Shown one piece after another: positions 27,320 through 46,540 of a stretch of 64,000 nt of DNA. Each line of letters begins with the position of its first letter. Position 1 is the stretch's first letter. The DNA is from the human T2T-CHM13v2.0 reference genome, Homo sapiens: NCBI RefSeq assembly GCF_009914755.1, contig NC_060938.1; one strand, written 5' to 3'. A program made the position numbers and the translations under genes. A model generated the notes under the pieces. The model was not told where the DNA came from and searched no databases. It saw only the letters and a list, made by a program, of their open reading frames with translations.

Positions 27320-28214
27320 CTTTTGGGGAAGACAATTCACATGGTCCTGAGTTTCCCTGCACATTCTCGTTGAGTGTGCCAAGAATGCAAGGCCCTGGAT
27401 GGTGTTCATCTCAGGCTTGTGTTTTGTAGCCACCAGCCTTGAGGGATGAGGTAAGGCACCCTGGACAACAGCAGGCTTGTTTCCATGGTGAATTGCTTAA
27501 TCTCACTGTACCTCTCCTGTAATGCACTCCACTACGTGTATAAGCATCCATTATGGGCTCAATTTTCTACCCCCAAAATTCTGAAGTTGAAATCCTAACC
27601 ACCCTTACCTCAGAAGGCAATCATGTTTGGAGATAGGATTTTTAAACAGGTGATGAAGTGAAAATGAAGTCATTAGGGTGGGCCCTCATCCAATAGGACT
27701 GGTGTCCTCAGAGAAGAGGAAATTTGGACATAGGCAGGGTGAAGTGAAGACACAGAGGGAAGACATTCAGAGGGAAGATGAAGGGAAGACACAGGAAGAA
27801 GACAGCCAGCCACCTATAAACTCAGGAGAGACGCATGAACAGTTCCTTCCTCATGGCCCTCAGAAGGAATTAACCCTACAGACACCTTGATCTCAGATTT
27901 CTAGCCTCCAGAACTGTGAGAAAATAAATTTCTGTTGTTTAAGCCACCCAGTGTATGGGCCTTTGTTATGGCAGCCCTAGAAAACTAACACAGCATCCAT
28001 GATGAATTTCACCTCTAAGGAACTTGGGGGACAGGAGGTACTGGAGTGAGCAACCTGTGGACACTCTGGCTACTGCTTTTGCTATTAGTAATAAAGTCCT
28101 TCGTCTCTGACCTAGGAGTCTTGTGTCTTTTGCCAGCATCCAAGAAAACAGAAACATACTAATTTGCCAACTCTAAGTGGAATAAAATCTCAGAACTTTG
28201 TGCAGTTCCTGACA
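27320..28214 (+). mobile_element. ERVL-type LTR (LTR40-like) with nested MLT1 LTR (about 27549-27991)
   Basis: gccaagaatgcaaggccctg...taataaagtcctt..tctctgacc...cctgaca; nested MLT1 ends gcagccctagaaaactaacaca, flanked by gcatc repeats. Confidence 0.65.
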
Positions 28215-29403
28215 ACTGCTGAGTAAATTAAATGTAACTGGTGTTTTTCCTTCATCAAAACTGACTTGCTTATTAAATACATTTAATTGACAATAGAAAG
28301 TTCAAACAGTTTGATTTTTTTGAATTCATTCTTATCACATTAACAGGGGAGAACTGAAGGTTTTTAGTGCATTTTTAAAAATCATCTGAGAAAACAACTT
28401 GTTTTCACAAGGTAAGAGGAAACAAATGGTAGATTAAAATTCTGTCGGCATGGTGCAATGCTCAAGTATATTTTTGGTGTAAGAACGAATTTAACATTAA
28501 GTGGAGACATTATCACAGTTAAACTCTGAAAATAGTCCCTTTACCAGAAAAATCTTATATCACTTTGCTAAACATTCAAATTAAATGATACAACACCATT
28601 ATTAGAATCTTTATGCCTCTTCATGGGTCACCTGTGCAAACTCGAGAGAGTTAGTATGAAGCACGTGGTGGAAATTCTGGTTTTAATGTCAGCAAGCTTG
28701 TTCTGCAAGCTTTCTTATCTGCCATCCTGCAAGCTCAAGAATTTCTGCTACCTACTGGTTTCTTTAATTCTTTGGGGCATAGTTCCAGTCTCATTCTTCT
28801 TATTTTCCCTTCAATATTACAACTTTTCCTTATTTGATACTATCTTCTTTCAACTTTCAGCTCATAGTTAGAGTAAAAACATAGACTTTAGCCTAAGACG
28901 AAGTCTGTCCATCGAAATATTTGATTTTTAGCAAGCTATTTAACTTCTTGGAGTTCATATTCTATTCAGTAAAATGGGGATAACAGGCACTTCACAGTGT
29001 TGTTGTGAGAATTAAATGAAAAATACCTTAAAACATCTAACATATTCTATACAGAATAAGCACTTGACAAGTATTACTTCTGAATTCCATATCTCCATAC
29101 ACTGCAGCAACTTCTTTTTCCTCATCACACTCCCCTACTGACCTACTTAGCAGTTAAATTACCCCCAGTTATCGTTCCTTTGTAATTATTATAAGTTTTA
29201 CATAATTACTGGATACAAGTCATGTATCTGGGCATTTTCTCTTCTCTGGCACTAAATAAACATTGGGAATTGCCCCATTGAAGGAAGCTATTTCCTCCCC
29301 CAGTTGGTTCATTTATAGTTACTCCATTATTATGGAATAGTGATCACATTATAAATTCATACTCCAGCAGGGTCCTTATTTTAATATTTTTTACTGTAAT
29401 TAC

Positions 29404-29534
29404 CTCTTTAGGAGATGCGCAACTAGTTGTGTTCTTCTTTTTTATATTTTTTCTCAGTTTTCTTCCATATAGACTGAGAAGAAAGACCCAAAGTCAGGAG
29501 CCAAGTTTTCCCTGTTGACTGGCTTAGCACTCTA
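29404..29534 (-). other. CATSPERB: CATSPERB non-coding exon 1 (5' UTR); TSS end approximate
   Basis: Donor aaagag|gtaatt at 29404/29403, directly downstream of X-box/CCAAT motifs; exon 2 starts with ATG, so an upstream UTR exon is required. Confidence 0.75.
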
Positions 29535-29630
29535 GTCACCTTTGGTAACAGCCAATCAGCAGCTACCAAGTACAGAAGCATGCTTAGAAAATCTAAAGGA
29601 CAGGCAGTTGGAATTTCCAACTAACTGCCT
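29535..29630 (-). promoter_or_regulatory. CATSPERB proximal promoter: RFX X-box, CCAAT box and inverted MYB-site pair
   Basis: GTCACC-TTT-GGTAAC (29535-29549) fits GTNRCC(N0-3)RGYAAC; gCCAATcag at 29551-29559; CAGTTG 29605-29610 and TAACTG 29622-29627; no CpG island. Confidence 0.7.
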
Positions 29631-30517
29631 CTTTCAGAGCACCACAGGCCATTTTCTTTAAAAACCGATGAGAGGTGGAGGTTCTCCAAACCTTCCATCT
29701 TTAATATAGCATTTATCTAGGAAGGATCAGAAACCTACATATGATTATCTATAAAACACTTCAATGATCATACGATCATTGAATGCCTGGGGAAAAACAT
29801 AAATGCTAAAAGCTCATGCTAACTGCATATAATAAGGTTTAAAAGGAGGCAATCTCTCAAAGGGGAGGAGCTTCATAACTGGGTCTTTAAGGAAGACTGG
29901 GACTTAAAAAAAATAGAGAAGGCCTTATTGACAGGTAAACAAGACAAGCAAATACACAAAGCACAAAGTTAGAAATGAGCTGTGGACGCATGGAAACAGT
30001 GAGACCAAATGGCATGCCAGTTTGTCCTCCGTATTCATGTTGTGTGACTGTCCTTGATGTGGTTGTATGTGCTCACTAAGGCTGCCTTTGACTGAGTACC
30101 GAGTGAGCTGAGCTTGAACCTTTCTGTCTTACCCAGCGCCCTGACTAGTCATGAATGGTCACAGAGGCTGACACATACTTTTTGATAATCATGATAATAA
30201 AACGTGTTTTATACTCAGGTTGTCCTTCAGAAGTCCCTTCACATGGCCATGTAAAACCTGCTTTACCCTCATATCCTGAAATATGTCTGGTATCTGGGTT
30301 TAATCTATTCCTGGAAGAGCCCGCATCAGAAATATATTTCTCTCACCCTTTCTGGTGACCTTGACCTAAAGAAGAACCTGAAACAGTGTGCAAAACACAA
30401 CAAAATATATTTCCTTATAAAGACTCAGTTCCCAGAAACTTGGAGCTCTCTTTTTTTGTTGCCTGTTTCCCACTAGGGAAGGCAATAAAGCTTTTATGGA
30501 AGAAGATGTAGCTTTCA

Positions 30518-30531
30518 GTTACCATAGCAAC
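30518..30531. promoter_or_regulatory. Distal RFX X-box GTTACCATAGCAAC
   Basis: Perfect X-box consensus in apparently non-repetitive DNA about 1 kb upstream of exon 1. Confidence 0.55.
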
Positions 30532-31599
30532 ACTGCTACACATTAAAAAAAAGTCTGAGCAATACTGAAGGTACACATTGAGAGCTCTAAAAAGAATGAT
30601 GAAGCAGGTGACATTTGCCTTCTTTCTCCCCAGCAACCTCTTAGTTTTCTTTTCCTCATTTGCCCCCACATTTTGTTTCCTAACTTATGAAAGAGTAAAG
30701 GATCTGTTTTCAATCACAGTCACTGATGAATTACACTTTGATGTGAGTACCAAGACTACTCCCACAGTAGGTGATTCATCTGTAACAGTGGAATGAAAGG
30801 GGTTCTTCTGCCTGAAAAACAAATTATGCACTGGGCTTCCGTCTAGTCAGGAGGATAGGGGGCAAGGCAATGGGCTGATTGAAAGAAGGATGACTTTGAC
30901 TTTTTTTGTAATTTTTTGCTGGCTATAACAGGGCTTATTATGTGTGAAAAATGAAAACAAGTATAGAGAAATCAATTACGCATAAATCAACAACCAGATA
31001 TAACCACTGTGGACATTTTGACATTTCTCGAGTCTGTTTCTTCTGCATTTATATGTCCTTCTTTCAGTCATTGTTAGTCTGACCATTTTCTCGTGTAACT
31101 CAAGTGTTTTATTTAAGTCTTCGCAGTTGTAGATCTAAAAATAACGGTACCTAATTTACTTAAACATAAAATATTTTTCTATTTCCAGTGTTTTCCTTTT
31201 TGAGAAATGTGGTAATGAATAATCCTGAACAAAATTATTTTCCTACATTTAAAAATATTTCCTTAGGATATGAACATGTTTAAGACTCTTGAATGTATGT
31301 TGACAAATTGCTTTCCAGAAACCCAGCAGTGAAAATTAGATATAATCTGAAATAATTTGATACATTAAAAAATCTTGTTTTACTTTTTTCAATATTGGTT
31401 CAACTGAACACTTATAAATAGGCTTGTTTGACATTTTTTTCTTCTATAAATTATCTGGGCATGTTGTTAAACATTTTCTACTGGAAATTTAGTGTTTTGC
31501 TTGTGAAATGGTAAAATAACCCCTTGCAATATTTAATGTAAATATTTAACTCAATTTGTCATGTAACAATTTTATTTATAAATTTTTCTTGTCTTTGTT

Positions 31600-31904
<305 letters not shown>

Positions 31905-32185
31905 TTCTTATCCTTTTTATGTGAGAAATTTTAAAGACTCAAAAAGTTCAAAGACTAAGATAACGAGGATGTTTCAGTCATCCAAGATTAAAATCACCCT
32001 CAGTTTTTAATAACTTTTTATTATGGGATGTGCCAAACATTGGGGGAAAAGTAGAGAGAACTATACATTATATATATGTAAATAATATATATATTATAAC
32101 ATATATATTCTATTTTGTGTAATTGCCTACCTTCGGTCTTGTTTCATCTATACTCTCTTTCACTCACTTCCTCCTCTAGTATTAT

Positions 32186-32495
32186 TTTGTTGTTTTTTGG
32201 TGGTGTTTGTTGTTTTTTCTGAGGCACAGTCTCGCTCTGTCACCCAGGCTGGAATGCAGTGGTCCGATCCCGGCTCACTGAAACCATCCACCTCCGGAAT
32301 TCAAGAGATTCTCTTGCCTCAGCCTCCCAAGTAACTGGGATTACAGGTGTGCGCCACCACGCCCAGCTAATTTTTAGTAAAGATGGAGTTTCTCCATGTT
32401 GGTCAGGCTGGTCTCAAACTCCTGGCCTCAAGTGATCCATCTGCCTTGGCCTATCAAAGTGCTGGGATTATAGGCATGAGCCACCGCATCCAGCC
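32186..32495 (-). mobile_element. AluS
   Basis: Full dimer. Confidence 0.95.
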
Positions 32496-33669
32496 TGCAG
32501 GATTACTTTGAAGATATCCTAGACAACTGTATATATTTCAGTATGTATTTCTAAGAGAAAATGACTTTTTTTAAAGAAAAGAAAACCACAATACAATTTA
32601 AAACCTAAAAATAATAGTAAGTCCCAGATATCTACCCAGTGACTGTTTATATTTCCTCAGTTACCTCATTCACAAAATTTTTTATAGTTGTATGAATCAG
32701 GATTCAATAAGGTTCAAACTTTGCCACTGGTTGATGTATCTCTGAGGTGTCAAAATCTACAAGTAATTTTCCTTTCACCTCTCCCTTCACCCCATCATTT
32801 TTTTTCTCTCGCTTTTTCCTTGAAATTCATTAAAGAAGAAGTTAGTTGTAATGTGTTTCCCATGGTTTGGATTTTGCTGAGTGCATCATTATGGTATCTT
32901 TTTACATCATAAGTTTATCATATTGTTCGGTAAATTGTTAAGTAGATTTAGAGGCTTGATCAGATGCAGGTTTAATTTTTTTGTCAAGAACACTTCATAG
33001 GTGGTGTTGGGTACTTCCATCAGGAGGCACCTAAGGTGTGGTTAGCTCTTTTTCTGATGTAGCATCTATCATTTATTGCCTAAATCTGTTAAATTCATTA
33101 GAGGCTGCAGAGTGGTGATGTATTATCATTTCTTCTTTGCTTATTAGCTGGAATACTTTTATAAAGATAACTTTTCATGCATCAACTATTTGTTTACTCA
33201 GAGGTACAATTCCTAAGAGAAGACAAATGCTTCATTCTTTTCCTTCGTTTACCATTTTGAAAATAATGAATTGATTCCCTAGCATCCTTATAGAGGCAAC
33301 CAATAAAGTTCATTTTTGCTATCATTATGAACTCACAGGTTTCCATTTAAATATATTTAATGTATTTCTATCATTATGGTTATTATCCTTATTGATGCTC
33401 AAGGTGTCTAATTTTAACAGGTATGGTCCCTCCAAAGTTCGCTTCTGTCTTTTTGACATGACTCTAGTCATTTTTGACAGTTTCCTTCCTTCCTTATAAG
33501 ACAAGATACTCTAGGCTCACCTTCTACATTTCCTGCCCCAGACATGGATTCAGTCATTTCTCTATATAATTCTGATTCCTTTTACTGGAAAATCGTATTC
33601 AGAAGCCATAGTTTTGGGAATTTGGCCAGTCTTTTTTTTTTTTTTTTCTTTAATAAATATAGAAAACCT

Positions 33670-34036
33670 GGCCAGGTGCAGTGGCTCACACTTGTAATCC
33701 CAGCACTTTGGGAGGCCAAGGCAGGCAGGTAACTTGAGGCCAGGAGTTCAAGACCACCCTGGCCAACATGGTGAAACTCTTCTCTACTAAAAATACAAAA
33801 ATTAGCTGGACGTGGTGGCACACGCCTGTAGTCCCAGCTACTCAGTAGGCTAAGGGCAGGAGAATCACTTGAACCCAGTAGGCGGAGGTTGCAGTGAGCC
33901 AAGATCATGTCACTGTACTCCAGTTTAGGCAACAGAACAAGATCTGTCTCAAAAAGAAAGAAAGAAAGAAAAAGAAAGGAAGGAAGGAAGGAAGGAAGGA
34001 AGGAAGGAAGGAAGGAAGGAAGGCAGGCAGGCAGGC
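33670..34036 (+). mobile_element. AluS with tail expanded into a (GAAA)n/(GGAA)n/(GGCA)n microsatellite
   Basis: Dimer 33670-33950 followed by purine tetranucleotide arrays. Confidence 0.96.
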
Positions 34037-34771
34037 TTATGTAGGCAGGCTTATGTAAGATAGATGGTGGCCACCTAAAACTTAATTTCTCCACATATTC
34101 TTTTAAAAGTCCTATAATAAGAGGAGAATTAATAAAACAACTCATAGCACAACTGGGAGGCGGAGATTACTAACAACTTTAACTTACATATAAGTAGGAA
34201 AAGAAGCATATGAAACCAGAGGGATCAACTCCAGAGTCCACACCAAAGTGAAGTCAGGTAGAGGTTGTGTGGAAAAGAACAGAGGACAGCAGCAGTGGAG
34301 CAGCGGTGGAATCCGGATTAAATCTTCTCTAATGGAGTTCTGCCTAAAAGAGGAAATATACTGACAATGGGGTTGAGAACTGGTGGACTAGAACACTGCC
34401 TTGAAAATCTTCATGCAGTTTAGGAAACCATCGTTCTAAAGGAGAGGTAGATGTTTTGGAAGGGGGAGAAATTTTTGGATGTTTGATGGTGAAGAAAAAA
34501 GCAAGCAAGCAATAAAAATTAAAGGTCATACAGAAAGAAAAGAGAACCAGACGCTGGGAAAACACACCTACTCCACCCACAAAACTTCCATGTATAAAAA
34601 TTGAACTTTACTGTAACAACAGAAAAGGATGCCTTTGAATTAAGAAGCCTAGGTACACACTCAAATTCTACCCCTTCAGGCTTCTCCAAAACAAGAGAAA
34701 AAAGTGGCATTCCAAAATGAACACAAAATAACAGGCAATATCATACAAAGCTATTAGAGGGTAGAAAATGA

Positions 34772-35555
<784 letters not shown>

Positions 35556-36759
35556 TTAAATATCAAGGTGCCCAAAAGAAAATAGTTTCGACCACAAACG
35601 TAATAAAGATCATGAAGGAGAAGAATGGCAACCATCAAGAGAACACAATTAAATAAGGAAAAAGATAAAAGTATCAGAGGAAAAAGTAGTACGTACAGAC
35701 AACAGGAAAAGAAAATCCAACATCTTCCCCAAACTAAAGAAAGCACAAGTATACAGACTGAAAATATTTAAAGAATGCCAACATGAAGAATGGAAAAAGT
35801 TCATACCGGGTCACACCTTATGAAATTTCAGAACAAGGATAAAGGTTCTCAAAAACTTCTAGAGAGAAGTTCCTACTAAAGGAACAGAATCAGACTGACA
35901 TGAGTCCTTATCCGCAATATTGAATGAAGGAAGAAAATGGGAGCAATGCTTTCAGAGTCCTAAAGGAAAAATAAATGATTTCAGTCTATAATTCTATAAT
36001 CAATCAAAGAAAGTATGAGAATGAAATAAAGACATTTTACCCAAGCAAAGTATAATGACCATATGTTGTATTTTGGCTGATCAGCATCCATTCCACCAGT
36101 CTTTGACAGTAAGTTTTTTATTTTGGGGGACTTGCCCTCCCTTTGTAGTCTCGTGGGACTGTTAATCAAGGTACCCTGCCTTTCCATAGCCAAGTAGCAA
36201 GCATATGATCCAAGCCAGACAATAGGGTCCCCTCTCCTGGAGCGGGAATCCTGAGCATGGTGATCAAAAGACTGATGATAGTGAGAGCTGATTCTTGCGG
36301 CAGATTCCAAACAAGATTAATAAGCACTTTTTGCTATATCCCCCTCTGGAGCTGCCTAACCTTTATCTTTTCTGAACAGGGTTCATCCATAATTTCTGAG
36401 TCTGTGAGCACCCCATTATCTTTCAAATAAATTCCTTTTTAAAGTCTACTTTTACTGCATTATCTAATTGATACTACTAGGACTTAGAAATTTATATCCA
36501 ATGAATTATTCTTGGGAAGTTATCTGAGGAATTCCAGCAAAACAAAAGACATGGAACCCAGAGAGAATTGGAGACAACCCAGAAGATAGTTAAATTCTGG
36601 GAAGACAAGAGGGTAGCAAAACTAGAGAGTAACCAATCTAGACTGGAACAGGATGACAGAAAGCTCCTGTTGAAAAAATAAACAGAAAAAGAAAAAAAAA
36701 TTCAGTATAAAGTACGACTGAAAAAAAACAGAAAAACTTGAAGATATAAAAACACATAA

Positions 36760-40000
<3,241 letters not shown>

Positions 40001-41029
40001 ATAAGGGTACAATATTCCTTTGTCCTTATTTTCCAATAAGTCTTTTATTTTCAGAATGTGCCTTTTTATAGATTCTATTTTTATTTCATGTATGTAGTAA
40101 CATTCTTTTCTGAGACTTAATGGCAGGGTTTTGGTTTTTGTTTTACTCTCCTTGCAAAGTTTGATTCTGTAAGTCATTTTTCCTTTTTATTTTTTCTGGT
40201 TTCAATCTTTCAATTTTGAGGCTTCTTAAACATGTATCATAATCCTTGGTTTTCTATTCAGATTTAAAAGCAAGTTCTAAGAAGCTTATCTGAGGCGCTG
40301 GATCAAAGAGAGGCCTATCTACTGTGAGTTTCACTGTAGCACATTCTGGAGTTGTTTTACTGGGGAAAAATCTCAAGTAGGTCTTTTCTCTTTGGCTTCT
40401 CAAATTCCCTGGGTCTTCCATCTCCTTCCCAAAGAGTACAGTCTTGGCTGCTAGTATTCTGAGATGTCAATATGCAGTATTTCATCTTGTTCTCCTGTTT
40501 TCAATAGGCACCCACATTCTCAAATGTTCTTGATATCTACCAGGCCACAGACCCTCTGTTTTACCCTCTCCCAAGAAGAAACTTCCAACTTCTCCCTGAA
40601 AGGGGGAAGTGCAGCTGGTAGACTGTAGAGTACTGGGGAGATAATCTAAATACTTCTTACATGAGTATTCAAACAATCCTACTTTTGACCCCACTTTCAT
40701 TTCCACTTCAAAATCTACTTAGTGCTGTGAAGTCCTGAGCCCTTTGGGGGGTTCTAGAATACAAATCACATTGCTTTTAGTCTTTTCCAAAAGCCAGTTT
40801 AGGATTCTGGCTTTCCTACATCTGCTAATTTAGTTATCACTTAGCCATTTGCTTTCTAGCTGTCTAAATTTTGTTCCTACTGTCAAGTCTCCAGTTCTCT
40901 CTGTCCTTATGTGTTTACGCCACTTCAAAAATTCCTTTAGTGTGTAGTTCAGGAGTGAGAATACCTGTGTTCAAAGCCAAGAAACAGAAATTCTAAATGT
41001 GTCATGAATTTAAACAATTGATGGAGAGG

Positions 41030-41406
41030 GCTATGGTTTGAGTGTGTCCCCTCCAAAATTCAGGTGTTGAAACTTAACGGCCATTGTGATAATGTTAAGA
41101 GGTAGTGCCTTTATGAGGTCATTAGCCCATGAGGGCTTTGCCTCAAAATGGGATTAAGACCCTTATAAAAGAGGCTTCTTGCAGCGTTCTGCTCCTTGCC
41201 CTTCTGCCTTCTGCATGGGAGGGCACGGCACTCTTCCCCTCTGGAGGATGCAACAACACAGGGCCATCTTGGAAGCAGAGAGCAGCCCTCAAATCAGTGG
41301 GAGACTTGACCTACAACTACCCAGTCTCCAGAACTATGGGAAATAAATTTCTGCTTTGTATAGATTACTCAGTCTCATGTATTTTGTTAAAGCAGCAGAC
41401 TAAGAC
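41030..41406 (+). mobile_element. MST-type MaLR LTR
   Basis: gctatggtttgagtgtgtcccc...ccagtctccagaactatgggaaataaatttctg...gactaagaca. Confidence 0.8.
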
Positions 41407-41652
41407 AGAGGATAATTAAAAAGAGATCCATTTGATTTTGATGCTGGGAACATTCTCTTTTTGATGGCCTAGAGGTCATGACATTGGACCTCTAAGAAGG
41501 AGGAAATATGTTTCCTCCATTGGACCTCTAGGACCTCCACTGGTCCTCCACTGGACCCCCAGGAAGGAAGAAGATCAAATCCAGGCCAGATAGTGTGCCA
41601 GGATTATATTTCCTCCTCTAGAGGAGGAAATAAACAGTATTTACACAGTCAT

Positions 41653-42226
41653 TGTGGCAAACATAACCCAAGGTGACCCACAATGATTCATGTCCTTGTA
41701 TAATCCCCACCCCTTGAGTGTGCGTGGGACCTGTGACTTGCTTCTAACCAATAGGATATGGTAAAGATTATGAGACGTCACTCATTTAATTAGGTTATAT
41801 TACATGACAGAGGTGTGGGATGTCACTCCTGTAATTATGTTTCATTACTTAAGAAGTCTTATCAGACTGCAGGGAGCCTCCTGCTGGTTTTGAAGATGGA
41901 AACAGCCATGTTGTGAGCTGCCTGTGAAGAGGGCAGGGAATTGCAGGCAGCTTCTAGGAGCTAAGGGTGGCCTCCAGTTAGAAAAATCAAGGACTCAAGG
42001 AAGTAAAATCTGTTAACAATCTGAGCTTATAAACAAATTCTTCCCTAGTTGAGCCTTCACTTGAAAAATCAGTCCAGCCAACACCTTGACTGCAGCCCTG
42101 TAAGACTCTGAACAGAGAACCAGCTAAACTTGTGTCTGGACCTATGAAACTGTGAGATAAAAAATCTGCACTGTTTTAAATCACTGTGTGTGATAACTTA
42201 TTATGCAGTAATAGAGAACTAGTATA
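41653..42226 (+). mobile_element. MLT1 (E/F-like) MaLR LTR
   Basis: ccccttgagtgtg..ggacctgtgacttgcttctaaccaatag...aaactgtgagata. Confidence 0.75.
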
Positions 42227-42234
42227 GATTATAA

Positions 42235-44137
<1,903 letters not shown>

Positions 44138-46049
44138 GCCATAATAATGTAAACACCATTTACTGATTTTTAACATTTAAACTAAATTTAATAACAAAGC
44201 ATGTGTTGGCAAGTCAAGAAATAGAGAAATTAGCATATTTTATAATCATTAGGACATAGAAACGGGTAAAAGAGGATACCTCTGCAAAGTGAGACTAAGG
44301 CAAGAGCTGATTGGAGCTCGAAACTGTTGCTTTCACCATTAGTTTTTCTGTCCTACTTTGTTTGTTCCTATGTGTATATCTCCAAATAAAAGAAAACAGC
44401 TTTAAAAAGATACACTCTTTCCTCCCCACTGGACAAAATAGATTAGTAAAGAGTAGGGATTCTGCAGTTAGATTTCTTGGATTCTTATTCCTGTGGTCTT
44501 TATTAATGGTGTTACATTGAAAAGGTTACTTAGCCTCTTTAATCCCAAGTTTCCTTATCTGGGGGATAATACTGCCACTTACCTCACATTGTGTATGAGC
44601 GCGTGTGTGTATGTGTGTGTGGGTGTACACACATATATAGACTTTCACTTTGCTTTACTTAAATTGTAGCTTACTATACACCCTATTATTTTCTTTATTT
44701 TGAGTCTAACAATACATGTTGGAGATTTTTCTTATAGCTGCCCCATTCTTTTTATCAGCTGCCTGTTATTCCATTGTGTGGATGTTCTATAATTTATACA
44801 ACCAGCCATCTATTGATAATCTTTTGCTATTACAAAAAGTATTCTCCTATCATTTCATATGTATAATATAGCTATAAAATAGATTTCTAAGAATAAAATT
44901 GCTGGGTTAAAAGAAATATGCTTTTAAAATGTTGATAATATCAAATTGTTCTACACTGCTGCCGTGGAGTCAGTATGCAAGAGTGTGTTTCCCCATACCC
45001 TCACCAAGTGCTATGAGATCTTGAAAACATTATATCATCATTAACTTTGCATTTCTTATATTATCTACTTCCTTTCTTCTGAACTGTTTGCTCATAGGTT
45101 TTGCCCGTTTTTTGTAGGTTGTTGATCTTTTTCTTATTGATTTGTAAATGTTTTTATATGTTAAGAAAATTAGCCCCTTTTCTGTAAGTTGAATTACAAA
45201 AAAAATCCTCCATCTGTCCTTTGTCTTTTGATTTTTAAAATAGTGATGTGATATTTTTTCTTGTAGTTAAATAAATGGATTTTCTTTTTTATCTTCTGGT
45301 AATTTATTGTTTTATTTTCTTCATGTTGTATCTTTGATTCATCTGGAAGTCATTTTGGTATAATCTATGAAGCAGAGATCCAACTTTTTTTTTTTTCAGA
45401 TGTCTACTCAGTTGTCCCAACATAATTTACTGAATAACCCATTTTTTCTTCACTGCCTTAAAATAAAACGTTCATTTAATTGCAGCATATATTTGGATCT
45501 ATTTCTGAGTTTTCTAGTCTATTTCTGTGAATTGTTAATCCACTCATGTGCCAGTATCTCATCTTCATTATTGTAGAACAAGGTGGGTTTTTTTGTTTTT
45601 TTTGTGTGTGTGTTTTTTTTTTTTTTTTTGCATCAGCTTGTCCAGTTCCAAACAAAAACAAAAATAAAAGTAGCCTGTTGGGGTCAGTTAGGTTAACTTA
45701 AGGAGAATTCATATCACGATGATGTTGCATTTTTCTATTCAAATGTGGCAATGCCTTTACATTTCTTTAAGTTTTCTTTTTTGTTTTCTCCATGGTGTTT
45801 TATAAGTTTCTTCATATAGATTCTGTTTGTTTAGTTTTGAGACATTCAAATGTTTCATGCTGTCTATTCCTTTATTTTTATCTTTTTAGTAGTATCTCCG
45901 CCTACTGGGTTCAAGTGATTCTCAAGTGATTCTCCTGCCCTTAGCCTGTCTCAGTGACCTTACTGAATAATTCTACTAGTTGGCCTTTCAATTGATTCCT
46001 GGGTTCTGCAAATATTGGTATGATTTCCTTTTTTATTATCTAAATCTGT

Positions 46050-46537
46050 ATTTTAGTTTTTAAATTTTTTATTTTTTAAATTGACAAAATTGTATATATC
46101 TATAGTTCATGACATGATTGTTTTGGTATACATATACATTGTGGAATGACTAAATCAAGCTAACTAAGATAGGTATTACCTCACATACTTATGTTTTTGT
46201 GGTGAGAACACTTAAAATCTACTCTCTTAGCAATTTTCAAGTATAAACAATTCCATATTGTTATTATGTACCACAGATGTACCACAGATCTCTTGAACTT
46301 ATTCCTACTGTCTGTCTAACTGAAACTTTGTGTCCTTTGACTAACAAATTGCCAATCCCCTAAGCCTCAGCCTGTGGTAACCACCATTCTCTGCCTCTGT
46401 AAGTTCTACTAATTTAGATTCCACATGTAAGTGAGATTACGCAGTATTTGTTTTCTGTGCCTGGCTTATTTCACTTACTGTAATGTCCTCCTGGTTCATC
46501 CATATTGTCACAAATGATAGGATTTCCTTCTTTTTAA
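46050..46537 (-). mobile_element. L1MA 3' end
   Basis: gtggtgagaacacttaaaatctactctcttagcaattttcaag; gattccacatgtaagtgagat. Confidence 0.85.
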
Positions 46538-46540
46538 AAT

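Noticed and set aside
33582-34145. Longest ORF in the window (187 aa)
   Set aside because: Antisense Alu plus (TTCC)n microsatellite translation
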